A stretch of 64,000 bases of DNA from Bacteroidota bacterium (lineage in GTDB: Bacteria > Bacteroidota > Bacteroidia > AKYH767-A > OLB10), in NCBI GenBank assembly GCA_023251535.1, contig JAHEYP010000018.1, positions 7,759 to 71,758 on the forward strand, read 5' to 3'. Positions 1 through 9,102 of the stretch are shown here, piece after piece; the stretch's first letter is position 1; every line of letters begins with the position of its first letter. Under the pieces are notes generated by a model. That model had not been told where the DNA came from. It did no database searches and saw only the letters and a list, made by a program, of their open reading frames with translations. The position numbers were made by a program, and so were the translations under genes.

Positions 1-48
1 TTTACTTACTTTAACCCCCTCAATCAACCGATAAACCGATCGCACTGT

Positions 49-966
49 ATGAAGAAACTTTTAGCTGTAATAGCAGCGGGTTGCCTCTCAACGTTAGCCT
101 TAGCACAACAAGATCCACAGTTCAGCCAGAACATGTACAACAGATTATATGTGAACCCTGCTTATGCGGGAAGTTCAGAAGCGATCTGTGCACATTTACT
201 GTATAGAAGCCAGTGGGTAAATTATGACGGAGCTCCTAAAACGGGAGTATTAGCGATAGACGCTCCGTTGGCAAATAATAAAGTAGGCGTAGGTCTATCT
301 GTAATGACAGATAAGATTGGCGCTGAAAAAACGCTTCAAGGCAAGCTTGCAGGAAACTACAAGTTTACATTAGGCCAAGGGAAGTTAGGAGCAGGGATCG
401 ACTTAGATTTCATGCAACATCAGATTGACGGAGCAGATTTCAAGGCACCGGATCCATCTGTAACTGACCCTTCAATTCCGAAAAACTCGGTAAGTGGAAC
501 AGCATTCGACTTAGGAGCTGGATTATACTACAACACTGACAAATTGTATGTAGGAGTATCAGCAACACATATGTTAGAGGCGAAAGTTGATTTAGACAAC
601 TTCTCTAAAGAATACAAGCGTCACATTTACGGAATGATCGGATACACATTCGAGCTTACTCCAACGGTAGCATTAAAGCCGATGGTATTTGTAAAGACGG
701 TGACGGGCAATACAACAATGGATTTCAATATTAATGCTCATTTCAACGAGCGCTTCTGGGTGGGGGTATCTTATCGTAACGAAGACGCAATCGTTGGATT
801 ATTGGGTATGAACATTACCGATAAACTTAAGGTTGGATATTCATACGACTTCACTACATCTGATGTAAAAGACTACAGTGACGGTACGCATGAGATCATG
901 TTAGGATATTGCTTTAATGTGAAAAAGCGTATTCCTGTTTCAATCAGAAATGTAAGATTCCTCTAA
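49..966 (+). CDS. porP: PorP/SprF-family type IX secretion outer-membrane protein, in the porP position directly upstream of gldK
   Basis: 305 aa with a signal peptide and the family N-terminal motif QFSQNMYNRLYVNPAYAGS...YRSQW...GAPKT. Lies immediately upstream of gldKLMN, as in the Porphyromonas porP-porKLMN arrangement. Confidence 0.8.
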   Translation: MKKLLAVIAAGCLSTLALAQQDPQFSQNMYNRLYVNPAYAGSSEAICAHLLYRSQWVNYDGAPKTGVLAIDAPLANNKVGVGLSVMTDKIGAEKTLQGKLAGNYKFTLGQGKLGAGIDLDFMQHQIDGADFKAPDPSVTDPSIPKNSVSGTAFDLGAGLYYNTDKLYVGVSATHMLEAKVDLDNFSKEYKRHIYGMIGYTFELTPTVALKPMVFVKTVTGNTTMDFNINAHFNERFWVGVSYRNEDAIVGLLGMNITDKLKVGYSYDFTTSDVKDYSDGTHEIMLGYCFNVKKRIPVSIRNVRFL

Positions 967-1111
967 AATTGGAATAATTCCACCGGAAAAGCAACCTATA
1001 TTTGAAGGAAACGTATCAAGGAACCGGGAAATGCTGTATAATAATACCGTAGATTCGACGTTCATTGGTTACGTTTTCGGCATTCCCGGAACCCTAAAGC
1101 GAACAAAGCAC

Positions 1112-2413
1112 ATGAAAAACCTGATTATTGCTTCACTTGCAGTCCTGCTACTCAGTAGCTGCGGAGGCGGTAACCGCGGACAACTTGTCGGTGTACAAGG
1201 AAGAGAAAAATGGTATCAAGCTGACCCTTACGGCATGGTATTCATTCCTCAAGGCTCATTTAACATGGGCGCCAGCGACCAAGATGTACCGTATTCTCAG
1301 ATTGCCCAGTCGAAGACCGTGACAGTACACGCGTTTTACATGGACAACACTGAGATTACCAACAATGAGTATCGCCAGTTTGTTTACTGGGTACGCGATT
1401 CGTTAGCGCATCGCTTGCTTGGTGGAGATCATTTACTTGAAGAAGGTGAATACGGAGAGCGTATTAACTGGAGAGAGCGAATCAAGTGGGACAACGAAGA
1501 AAACGTTGAAACGCTTGCTGAGTTATTCCTTCCAGAGAGTGAGCGCTACTATCGCCGTAAAGAAATAGATTCAAGAAAAATGAATTTTGAATACTATTGG
1601 ATCGATTTAAAAGAAGCAGCTCAAAAAGATTACAGTCGTGACCGTGATCCTGGATCTGCCTCATTATCAAATCGTCCGCAAGGCCGTACCGACCGTTCGG
1701 TATACATTAAAAAAGACATTATTAACGTGTATCCAGATACTTTATCATGGATTCACGATTATACGTTCTCATTTAACGATCCAATTACCAAAGCATATTT
1801 TTGGCATCCGGCATACGACGACTATCCTGTAGTTGGAGTAAACTGGAAGCAAGCTACGGCATTCTGCGTATGGAGAACACAATTATTAAACAGTTATCTT
1901 GAAGAAGACGGAGAGACTTATGTACAAGACTTCCGTTTACCGACTGAAAGTGAGTGGGAATATGCATCACGTGGAGGTTTAGCGAACAACCCATATCCTT
2001 GGGGAGGTCCTTACACACGTAATAGTAATGGATGTTTCTTAGCTAACTTCAAGCCATTAAGAGGTAACTATATCGACGACGGTGGATTCTACACTGTTAA
2101 GGTAACATCATACTTCCCTAACGACTACGGTTTATATTGTATGGCCGGAAACGTAGCGGAGTGGACAAGCAATGCTTACGACAACTCAGCGTATAATTTC
2201 ATTCACGATTTAAATCCTGATTATCAATATGATGCGAAGGATAATGATGCGCCTGAATTAAAGAAGAAAATTGTTCGTGGCGGATCATGGAAAGATGTCG
2301 GGTACTTCATTCAAACGGGTACACGTAATTTCGAATATCAAGATACGTCAAAATCGTACATCGGATTCCGTTGTGTGATGGACTTCTTAGGTCGTGATAA
2401 ATCAGACTTCTAA
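1112..2413 (+). CDS. gldK: Gliding motility lipoprotein GldK (PorK), FGE-sulfatase-like domain
   Basis: MKNLIIASLAVLLLSSCGGG is a lipoprotein signal. The GREKWYQADPYGMVFIPQGSFNMGASDQDVPY motif and RGGSW...GFRCV C-terminal region are typical of GldK. The ORF track starts at 1031, but ATG 1112 gives the canonical lipoprotein N-terminus. Confidence 0.9.
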   Translation: MKNLIIASLAVLLLSSCGGGNRGQLVGVQGREKWYQADPYGMVFIPQGSFNMGASDQDVPYSQIAQSKTVTVHAFYMDNTEITNNEYRQFVYWVRDSLAHRLLGGDHLLEEGEYGERINWRERIKWDNEENVETLAELFLPESERYYRRKEIDSRKMNFEYYWIDLKEAAQKDYSRDRDPGSASLSNRPQGRTDRSVYIKKDIINVYPDTLSWIHDYTFSFNDPITKAYFWHPAYDDYPVVGVNWKQATAFCVWRTQLLNSYLEEDGETYVQDFRLPTESEWEYASRGGLANNPYPWGGPYTRNSNGCFLANFKPLRGNYIDDGGFYTVKVTSYFPNDYGLYCMAGNVAEWTSNAYDNSAYNFIHDLNPDYQYDAKDNDAPELKKKIVRGGSWKDVGYFIQTGTRNFEYQDTSKSYIGFRCVMDFLGRDKSDF

Positions 2414-2512
2414 TATACACGAGCGAGAGCTCACCCATTCAATCAGCGAAGACTAAACCAATTCGCCAAAACAACCATTCATTCTAATCAAAACCTAAAA
2501 AAACAGAAAATC

Positions 2513-3178
2513 ATGGGATTAGCACAAATGACCCAAGGAAAAGGCTTTAAGTCATTCATGGCCAAATTGTACGGCTTGGGTGCAGCAGTCGTAATTCTTG
2601 GAGCACTATTCAAAATTCAGCACTGGGAAGGTGCGGGAATCATGCTTACAGTTGGTCTATTAACTGAAGCGGTTATCTTCTTCTTTTCAGCGTTTGAACC
2701 ACCACACGAAGACGTTGATTGGTCTTTAGTTTATCCAGAATTAGCAGGAATGCACGATCCTGCAGCTGATCGCAAGAAAGTAAAATCAGGAGATCCTGTA
2801 TCACAACAGTTAGACAAAATGTTAACTGAAGCGAAAATCGGACCTGAATTGATCCAAAGCTTAGGTAACGGATTAAAGTCATTAAGCGAAAACACAGCTA
2901 AAATGGCTACGGTATCTAACGCTGCTGTTGCTACTGAAGAGTATGCTAAGAACGTTGCTGCAGCTTCTAAAGAAGTTACTGCATTAACTACATCTTACAA
3001 AACTGCTGCTACAGCTATGGCTCACATGAGCTCTAGTCACGAAGCATTAGTTGCTAACTTAAACAGCACTGTAGAAGACACTAAAAAATACAAAGAAGAA
3101 GTTGGCAAATTAGCTAAAAACTTAGCTTCATTGAATACCATTTATGGTAACATGTTAACTGCAATGGGGAATAAATAA
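2513..3178 (+). CDS. gldL: Gliding motility protein GldL (PorL)
   Basis: 221 aa. The N-terminal GFKSFMAKLYGLGAAVVILGALFKIQHWEGAGIMLTVGLLTEAVIFF has two TM helices, as in GldL, followed by an Ala-rich cytoplasmic tail. Confidence 0.9.
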   Translation: MGLAQMTQGKGFKSFMAKLYGLGAAVVILGALFKIQHWEGAGIMLTVGLLTEAVIFFFSAFEPPHEDVDWSLVYPELAGMHDPAADRKKVKSGDPVSQQLDKMLTEAKIGPELIQSLGNGLKSLSENTAKMATVSNAAVATEEYAKNVAAASKEVTALTTSYKTAATAMAHMSSSHEALVANLNSTVEDTKKYKEEVGKLAKNLASLNTIYGNMLTAMGNK

Positions 3179-3238
3179 TTCCTATTTCACTCACTCCACA
3201 ATTAATTAATTTCTAACCCTTAATCTGGATTAAGCGAA

Positions 3239-4840
3239 ATGGCAGGAAATAACCTATCCCCGAGGCAGAAGATGATCGGGATGATGTACCTCGTGTTAAC
3301 AGCCTTGTTAGCCTTGAATACATCGAAAGAGATCATCAATGCGTTTGTTACAATCAATGAGAGTCTGGAGTCTTCGGTAGGTAATATGGTGTCTAAAAAT
3401 GGATTAGCATATACCACCTTCGAGAAACAGATGGTGAATGATAAAACGAAAACTGAGCCTTATTATAAAAGAGCTCAGCAAATTAAAAAGTTGTCATCAG
3501 ACCTTGACAAGTATATCAATGTTTTGAAAGAAGAATTAATTCGCGAAACAGATAAAATTGAAAAAGGAGCTAAAACTCGTTCTTTACGTGAAGTAGAAGC
3601 GAAAGATAACTATGACGTACCTACACACATGTTATGTGGTGATAAGCAAGACGGTCATGGTCATAAAGCGAGTGCATTAAAAGCAGCGATTGATAAATTC
3701 AAGAAAGATGTAATTGCAGTACTTGAGCCAAAAGATCAAGCTGAATTTACAACTCGATTAAATCAATTATTCAACACAAAAGATCCTGATCCTAAAAATG
3801 CAAATGATAAATTGCTGATTGAAGAAGGAAAGCGTACATGGGAGATGGCAAATTTCTACCACAATCCAGTAGTAGCTTCTGTAGCTCAATTAACAAAGTT
3901 TCAATTGGACATTAAGAATGCGGAATCAGAAATCGTTAATCACTTATTATCTTCAATCGACGCAACGAACTTAAAGTTCTCTGACGTTATGCCGAAGGTA
4001 GTTGCTCCAACGAGCTATGTGATTATCGGACAACAATACGAAGCGGATGTATTCTTAGCAGCATACAGCAAAACTTCAGCTCCTGAAATCGTAGTAGGAG
4101 GTTCAACACTTCCTGTAGAAGATGGAATGGGTAAGTACCGTGTTTCTCCTCGTACACCGGGTGAGCAAAAATGGGGTGGTATGATCCGCGTGAAACAACC
4201 GGACAATACTTACAAAGAGTATCCGTTTGAATCATCGTTCATTGCTTCTGCACCAAGTGCATCAGTATCTGCCGATAAAATGAATGTAATCTATATCGGA
4301 GTTGATAACCCGATTTCAATCTCTGTTCCAGGAGTACCGGCTGAGAAGGTATCATTCAACGCAAAAGGAGTAGTACTTACTCCAGATGCTAAAGGCGGAA
4401 AAGGTCACTTCTTAGCGAAAGCTACTGCACCTGGCGAAGCGTCGATCGACGTAGTTGCTGCTCAAGGCGATAAGAAAATTCCAATGGGAAGCTTTAAATT
4501 CCGTTTAAAGAGAATCCCTGATCCGGTTGCTAAAATCGGTGGTAAGAAAGAAGGTTCTATTCCTAAAGCTCAGTTAGCTGCTCAATCGGCAATCATTCCA
4601 GTAATGGAAGGATTCGACTTCGACTTATTCTCAAAAGTGAAATCTTTCAAGATGTCACGTTACGGAAAAGGTCGTGATCCAATCGAGAAAACTAGCGACA
4701 GCAACACTTTGACTGGTGATATGAAAACAATCATCGAGCAAAGCCGTCCTGGAGATAAGATCTTATTCGAATACATTAAGGCAACGATGCCTGACGGAAC
4801 TACCCGCGATATCAACTCGATCTCTCTTACAGTTCAATAA
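3239..4840 (+). CDS. gldM: Gliding motility protein GldM (PorM)
   Basis: 533 aa. MAGNNLSPRQKMIGMMYLVLTALLALN matches the conserved GldM N-terminus, followed by one TM helix and a long periplasmic region. Sits between gldL and gldN. Confidence 0.9.
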   Translation: MAGNNLSPRQKMIGMMYLVLTALLALNTSKEIINAFVTINESLESSVGNMVSKNGLAYTTFEKQMVNDKTKTEPYYKRAQQIKKLSSDLDKYINVLKEELIRETDKIEKGAKTRSLREVEAKDNYDVPTHMLCGDKQDGHGHKASALKAAIDKFKKDVIAVLEPKDQAEFTTRLNQLFNTKDPDPKNANDKLLIEEGKRTWEMANFYHNPVVASVAQLTKFQLDIKNAESEIVNHLLSSIDATNLKFSDVMPKVVAPTSYVIIGQQYEADVFLAAYSKTSAPEIVVGGSTLPVEDGMGKYRVSPRTPGEQKWGGMIRVKQPDNTYKEYPFESSFIASAPSASVSADKMNVIYIGVDNPISISVPGVPAEKVSFNAKGVVLTPDAKGGKGHFLAKATAPGEASIDVVAAQGDKKIPMGSFKFRLKRIPDPVAKIGGKKEGSIPKAQLAAQSAIIPVMEGFDFDLFSKVKSFKMSRYGKGRDPIEKTSDSNTLTGDMKTIIEQSRPGDKILFEYIKATMPDGTTRDINSISLTVQ

Positions 4841-4914
4841 GATTGATCCGGATGTAACCGGATAGTAACAAATACAGTACAAACAAATTGATGCACATAA
4901 CAAGCATAAATCCC

Positions 4915-5763
4915 ATGAAAAAGTTCATCCTGATCCTGTCAGTGTTAATCGGCTTCGGTTCGCTGGCTAGTGCTCAAAACGTACTTGATGGGGTGTACGT
5001 GAGGGAAAGTAATCCTGCACGCAGGGTTATCCCATACACCTATTTACGCGAGGCAGACGTTATGTGGGCTAAACGTATCTGGCGCCATATTGATCTGAAT
5101 GAAAAGATCAATGCTCCTTTACGTTACCCTAAAAGTAACGAAACCAAGGATCGTAAAAACTTAATCAATACGCTGATGGATGCGGTTAAAGAAGGTACTT
5201 TGACTGCGTATGATCCGCAAGATGATGAGTTCACGCTTCCAATGACTACTGCCGAGTTCTCTAAGGTAGGTGGTGCGGATTCAATTACTATTAAAGTAAC
5301 TCGTCCTGATCCTCCTTATGATGAGTATGATTCTGTTGTATTCCGTGCATTCAATCCGGATGACGTAATCCAGTATCGTATTAAAGAAGAGTGGTTCTTC
5401 GACAAGCAACGTTCGGTAATGGAATCAAGAATTATCGGAATGGCTCCGATGACGCTTGCCCGTGACCAAGAAGGTAACTTGATTGAAGGCGGCCAGAAGA
5501 AATTATTATTCTGGGTGTATTTCCCTGAAGCTCGCCGAGTATTGGTGAATGCTGAAGTGGCGAACCGCTTTAACTCAGCTCAGCGTTTAACGTTTGACGA
5601 TATCTTTGCTAAGCGTATGTTTAACAGCTATATCATTAAAGAAGATAACGTATATAATCGTCGTATCGATGACTATAAGGCGAATCCGTTGGATGCTTTG
5701 TTAGAGTCTGAAAGAATCAAACAGGAAATGATCAACTTCGAAATTGATCTTTGGGAGTACTAA
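4915..5763 (+). CDS. gldN: Gliding motility protein GldN (PorN)
   Basis: MKKFILILSVLIGFGSLASAQ signal peptide. The length and the position after gldM are consistent. ATG 4915 is preferred over the ORF-track start at 4888. Confidence 0.85.
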   Translation: MKKFILILSVLIGFGSLASAQNVLDGVYVRESNPARRVIPYTYLREADVMWAKRIWRHIDLNEKINAPLRYPKSNETKDRKNLINTLMDAVKEGTLTAYDPQDDEFTLPMTTAEFSKVGGADSITIKVTRPDPPYDEYDSVVFRAFNPDDVIQYRIKEEWFFDKQRSVMESRIIGMAPMTLARDQEGNLIEGGQKKLLFWVYFPEARRVLVNAEVANRFNSAQRLTFDDIFAKRMFNSYIIKEDNVYNRRIDDYKANPLDALLESERIKQEMINFEIDLWEY

Positions 5764-5787
5764 AATGCTCCTCTTGAAAATAAAAAA

Positions 5788-5816
5788 CCCCGATGCAAAT
5801 CGGGGTTTTCTTTTTT
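5788..5816. terminator. Bidirectional rho-independent terminator between gldN (+) and the convergent cytochrome gene (-)
   Basis: Hairpin ccccgat-gcaa-atcgggg with a 7-bp GC-rich stem, preceded by an A-run and followed by ttttctttttt. Confidence 0.75.
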
Positions 5817-5835
5817 AAGGACTTTTCGAATTTTC

Positions 5836-6288
5836 TTATTGAGTGACGAACATTTTGTTGATTAGTTTGATTGGCCCCGGACAGAAATTCGAGTGACAAT
5901 CTTTACAAGATGTAACCAAGTTGTTATGAGCTGTGATTTTTAGGCTATCAGGAGCATTCTGAAGCTCTGTAAGCTTTCCCAAGTATACATCAGCTAAACT
6001 GTTAAACAACGCTGTATCGAGGTTCTTATCGGTCTTTTCGGCAGTCTTTAGCTTGCCTATTCCTTCTGGAGCTAATATTATGGCTTTGCCCGCTAATAAA
6101 CTATCGTGATTGGCTGTGACTTGTTTCGCCATTTCACGCATTAAAAGCGCTAGCTCACTGGTTCCATTGGGATTGATAGTATCACCATTTTTACATGAAG
6201 CTTTTTCTTTTACCGGTCCAGTGCAAGAAGCTCCTAACATCACAAAATAGATGGCGGCAGCGAATACTGATATTTTTCGGATACGCAT
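5836..6288 (-). CDS. Putative small lipoprotein c-type cytochrome, class II / cytochrome c'-like, with a single C-terminal CXXCH
   Basis: 150 aa with a signal peptide and a Cys at position 22 (VMLGASC). The predicted mature part is helix-rich. One heme-binding motif CKDCH lies near the C-terminus, encoded at 5893-5907 on the minus strand. No other homology is recognisable from sequence alone. Confidence 0.4.
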   Translation of the reverse strand: MRIRKISVFAAAIYFVMLGASCTGPVKEKASCKNGDTINPNGTSELALLMREMAKQVTANHDSLLAGKAIILAPEGIGKLKTAEKTDKNLDTALFNSLADVYLGKLTELQNAPDSLKITAHNNLVTSCKDCHSNFCPGPIKLINKMFVTQ

Positions 6289-6333
6289 AAACGTTAGTAT
6301 TTAAAATTGATGCAAATATACGGCTATTCTTTG

Positions 6334-7182
6334 TTAGAATCGAGTGTTAATGCTCACGCCCGCATCTCCTTTTTCGGAGTAATACGGAGTAACATGCCAA
6401 AGATGTTGGTGATTCTTAACAACCATCCTTCCAATTGCATATCCCAGCATAGAGCCCACCAATACATCTGAAGGCCAATGCTTCGCTAATGCGATTCGCG
6501 ATACTCCCACGGCAGTTGCTAAAGTGTAGCATGTATAAGGGACCCATTTTACATCTTTGTACTCTGTAGCTATTACTGTAGCCATCGCCCAGGCGGAAAT
6601 GGTATGTCCCGAGGGAAATGAATGATGACTAGATCCTGCATTCGGATCACTAAGGAAGTCGAAATTGCCGTTGCCTTCTTCTACCAAAGGACGTTCGCGT
6701 CCCGATAAAGTTTTACCCACAAAAACTACAATGCCAGAGTGGAGTAGAGCCTCTGCAGAAAGAATACCGGTTTCGGTAGCACGATGATCTTTGAATATTA
6801 ATCCACCAGCAACAAATACCGCAGCCAATCCCAAGTTATTACAACCTTGTCCGAATTGCGTTATGGTTTTATTGTACGTGTTTAAATCGCGGTTTTCATC
6901 GTTGTAATTTCTAAACCCTTTACTGATAGGTTTGTCGAAATACATCACCAATCCTGTCGCCGCTAAGGCCGGGATTAAATAATTGAAGTCACGTTTTTTT
7001 AACGTGAAAGGCTTGCTCCATATTCGAGCTTCATCTTTTAAAGTGCTATTCGCAATCGATCGCAAGCAAAATTCCCTAGGATTACGGGTTTCTGCCAGAG
7101 TATCGGTGCTTTGAGCGAAGGAAGAAGAATTAAAAAGAAATAGGAGAGTAATTAAGCCATAGAATGACTTTTTGAATTGCAT
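6334..7182 (-). CDS. PAP2-superfamily phosphatase (phosphatidic acid phosphatase type 2 / haloperoxidase fold)
   Basis: The three PAP2 signature motifs are present: K..GRERP, PSGHT and SRIALAKHWPSDV. The likely start is MQFKKSF (7182). The ORF track extends upstream to 7308. Confidence 0.75.
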   Translation of the reverse strand: MQFKKSFYGLITLLFLFNSSSFAQSTDTLAETRNPREFCLRSIANSTLKDEARIWSKPFTLKKRDFNYLIPALAATGLVMYFDKPISKGFRNYNDENRDLNTYNKTITQFGQGCNNLGLAAVFVAGGLIFKDHRATETGILSAEALLHSGIVVFVGKTLSGRERPLVEEGNGNFDFLSDPNAGSSHHSFPSGHTISAWAMATVIATEYKDVKWVPYTCYTLATAVGVSRIALAKHWPSDVLVGSMLGYAIGRMVVKNHQHLWHVTPYYSEKGDAGVSINTRF

Positions 7183-7304
7183 TAAGTGTTGTGTAGGTGT
7201 ACTCTTTGTGTAGGTGTTGCCGATGGACTCTATCGACATCATAAAACTATGAAAAAAAATTAAATCTAATATGAATAGTTGGTTAAGTGAAATTAACAAA
7301 GTAT

Positions 7305-7604
7305 TCAACTAGAATGTTTGGATTTTGAAGTTTGTAATTGGTGTGTGGCGGTTATAAAACGGCGGTAATATGCCTTGTCGAAAGGAAATGGGCCGCTGAT
7401 AATTATGGTTTTTATGATTTTCGCGGAATTATCGTCTCCGACGATTTTTCCTAACGGCAGGGCTAAATGATGACATTTATCGTCATTGCTAAGTGATGAC
7501 ATTTCGACGAAGGAGAAAACGTCAGCAAACACAGATCCGCTCCGACCGTGCAAGCACTTCGGATTTAAAAGGATTTGTTCGTAGTCACCCATAGATTTAT
7601 TCAA
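7305..7604 (-). CDS. Hypothetical 99-aa protein of uncertain reality
   Basis: ORF with no recognisable motifs. It overlaps the long version of the PAP2 ORF by 4 nt and contains an imperfect direct repeat, so it may be non-coding leader sequence. Confidence 0.2.
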   Translation of the reverse strand: MNKSMGDYEQILLNPKCLHGRSGSVFADVFSFVEMSSLSNDDKCHHLALPLGKIVGDDNSAKIIKTIIISGPFPFDKAYYRRFITATHQLQTSKSKHSS

Positions 7605-7777
7605 TTAAACGAAATCCATTTGTAACCTACCATAGGAGCAGCCGAAGGGCGCAAGGAAAGCGCGTGGAGTGCAAAATGGCAAGAGCAGGGTGATTGCTTT
7701 GCAATTTGGTTTCTTCAATCGCACCAAAATAAAAAAAATCTATCACCTATAGTCTCTATTCTATCGCCTATAAACAA

Positions 7778-8797
7778 TCAACAAATCCTCGGTAATTGTT
7801 CTCCAATTAACGGACTCACCACTCGTTTACCTCCGTAAGAACTTTCGAGAATAACTTTCCCGTTGACAGATGAAGAAACATTTCCGATGATTGATGGTGA
7901 TTCGCCCAAGTCGCCAAGCAATTGAACAATGTCTTTTGCAATTTCATTCGGAGCTATGCAAACGAATACGCCTTCATTAGCAACATAAAGAGGATCTAGT
8001 CCTAATAATTCACAAGCGCTTTTTACCTGGGTGTCGACAGGAATTTGATCGTCGAACAAATGAACTCCCATTTTACATTCAGCCGTAATTTCATGTAAGA
8101 CTGATGCTAATCCGCCTCGTGTAGCATCTCTCAAAAAATGAATTTGATTTCCGAATTTATCGATGAGAGATTCCACCAATTTATTTAAGTTGGCAGTATC
8201 GCTTAATATTTCACTCTCGAATTTTAGTCCTTCGCGTTCCGACATAATCGCCATGCCATGAGAAGCGATTGCATGATTAATAATTAACGCATCACCATCC
8301 TGAATACTATCGATGTGAATATTTGCTTTCTCGTGAATAACCCCGATGCCCGAAGTGTTGATGTAAATTTTATCGCCTTTTCCTTTCTGCACTACTTTAG
8401 TGTCGCCAGTGACAATATATACTCCTGCCTTATCCGCGGCAGCTCTAATCGACTTAACAATTTCAACAAAGTCATCGTGATCGAATCCTTCTTCGATAAT
8501 AAAAGCGAGCGATAAATATTTAGGAATAGCGCCGCACATCGACAAATCGTTAACAGTTCCATTCACTGCTAATTCTCCAATGTTTCCTCCTTTAAAAAAA
8601 ATTGGAGTAATTACATAACTATCAGTAGAGAAAGCCAACTTACCTTGAATATCGAGAAAGGCTCCATCGTGCTTTTGATTCAAGATTGGGTTAGCAAGGT
8701 ATTTGAAGATAACATCATTCAAAAGCTTAGTCGTATGTTCGCCACCGCTTCCATGATGTAAATTAATTTTATCCTTCTTAATTTCCTTTTCAGGCAT
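7778..8797 (-). CDS. hypE: Hydrogenase maturation protein HypE (AIR-synthase-like carbamoyl dehydratase)
   Basis: 339 aa with N-terminal HHGSGGEHT and the diagnostic HypE C-terminus ...PRIC. Confidence 0.9.
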   Translation of the reverse strand: MPEKEIKKDKINLHHGSGGEHTTKLLNDVIFKYLANPILNQKHDGAFLDIQGKLAFSTDSYVITPIFFKGGNIGELAVNGTVNDLSMCGAIPKYLSLAFIIEEGFDHDDFVEIVKSIRAAADKAGVYIVTGDTKVVQKGKGDKIYINTSGIGVIHEKANIHIDSIQDGDALIINHAIASHGMAIMSEREGLKFESEILSDTANLNKLVESLIDKFGNQIHFLRDATRGGLASVLHEITAECKMGVHLFDDQIPVDTQVKSACELLGLDPLYVANEGVFVCIAPNEIAKDIVQLLGDLGESPSIIGNVSSSVNGKVILESSYGGKRVVSPLIGEQLPRIC

Positions 8798-8861
8798 TTG
8801 ATCTGATGTTTATAAATGATGTAGCATTAAGCAAAACTGCAATGATGAGGTTAAACAAAGA

Positions 8862-9098
8862 TTAAATTTCTTCGCCCAGATCTTTAAGAACAGCCATTGT
8901 TTTTATTGCCTCTTCTTCATTGATGATTGCAATAGCAGCACCAACATGTACCAATAAGTAATCGCCAATTTTAGCTTCGTTCACCAATGCTAAATTCACT
9001 TCTTTGATAACTCCTTCAAAAGAGACTCTTCCTATTCTGAAAGTATCGTCGAGTTCGACAGAAATACTTTCTAATTTTCCGGGTATAGCTAAACACAT
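8862..9098 (-). CDS. hypC: Hydrogenase maturation factor HypC
   Basis: 78 aa beginning MCLAIPGKL, the conserved MC(L/I)(A/G)(I/V)P motif. Confidence 0.9.
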   Translation of the reverse strand: MCLAIPGKLESISVELDDTFRIGRVSFEGVIKEVNLALVNEAKIGDYLLVHVGAAIAIINEEEAIKTMAVLKDLGEEI

Positions 9099-9102
9099 AA
9101 AT

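Noticed and set aside
1128-1322. A 64-aa ORF in an alternative frame inside gldK, and similar small ORFs at 1482-1670, 1638-1832, 2673-2882, 4015-4235, 10476-10670, 10870-11052, 13729-13911, 14833-15448, 16117-16302, 18337-18555, 19039-19284, 19474-21301, 29724-30147, 30357-30587, 33509-33700, 34285-34467, 35343-36364, 37808-38122, 39302-39775, 40282-41075, 42088-42273, 42941-43240, 44702-44941, 55599-56783, 60119-60815, 61265-61525 and 63799-63993
   Set aside because: All are embedded in, or antisense to, longer ORFs with clear homology-grade motifs. No independent support exists.
4888-4914. An upstream start for gldN (MMHITSINP...)
   Set aside because: ATG 4915 gives a canonical signal peptide MKKFILILSVLIGFGSLASAQ. 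The extra 9 residues are not signal-like.
7605-7777. A possible tRNA or small RNA gene in the spacer downstream of hypE
   Set aside because: No cloverleaf-compatible segment, T-loop GTTCRANYC motif or acceptor-stem pairing is visible. Only a weak 5-bp palindrome (attgctttgcaat) is present.
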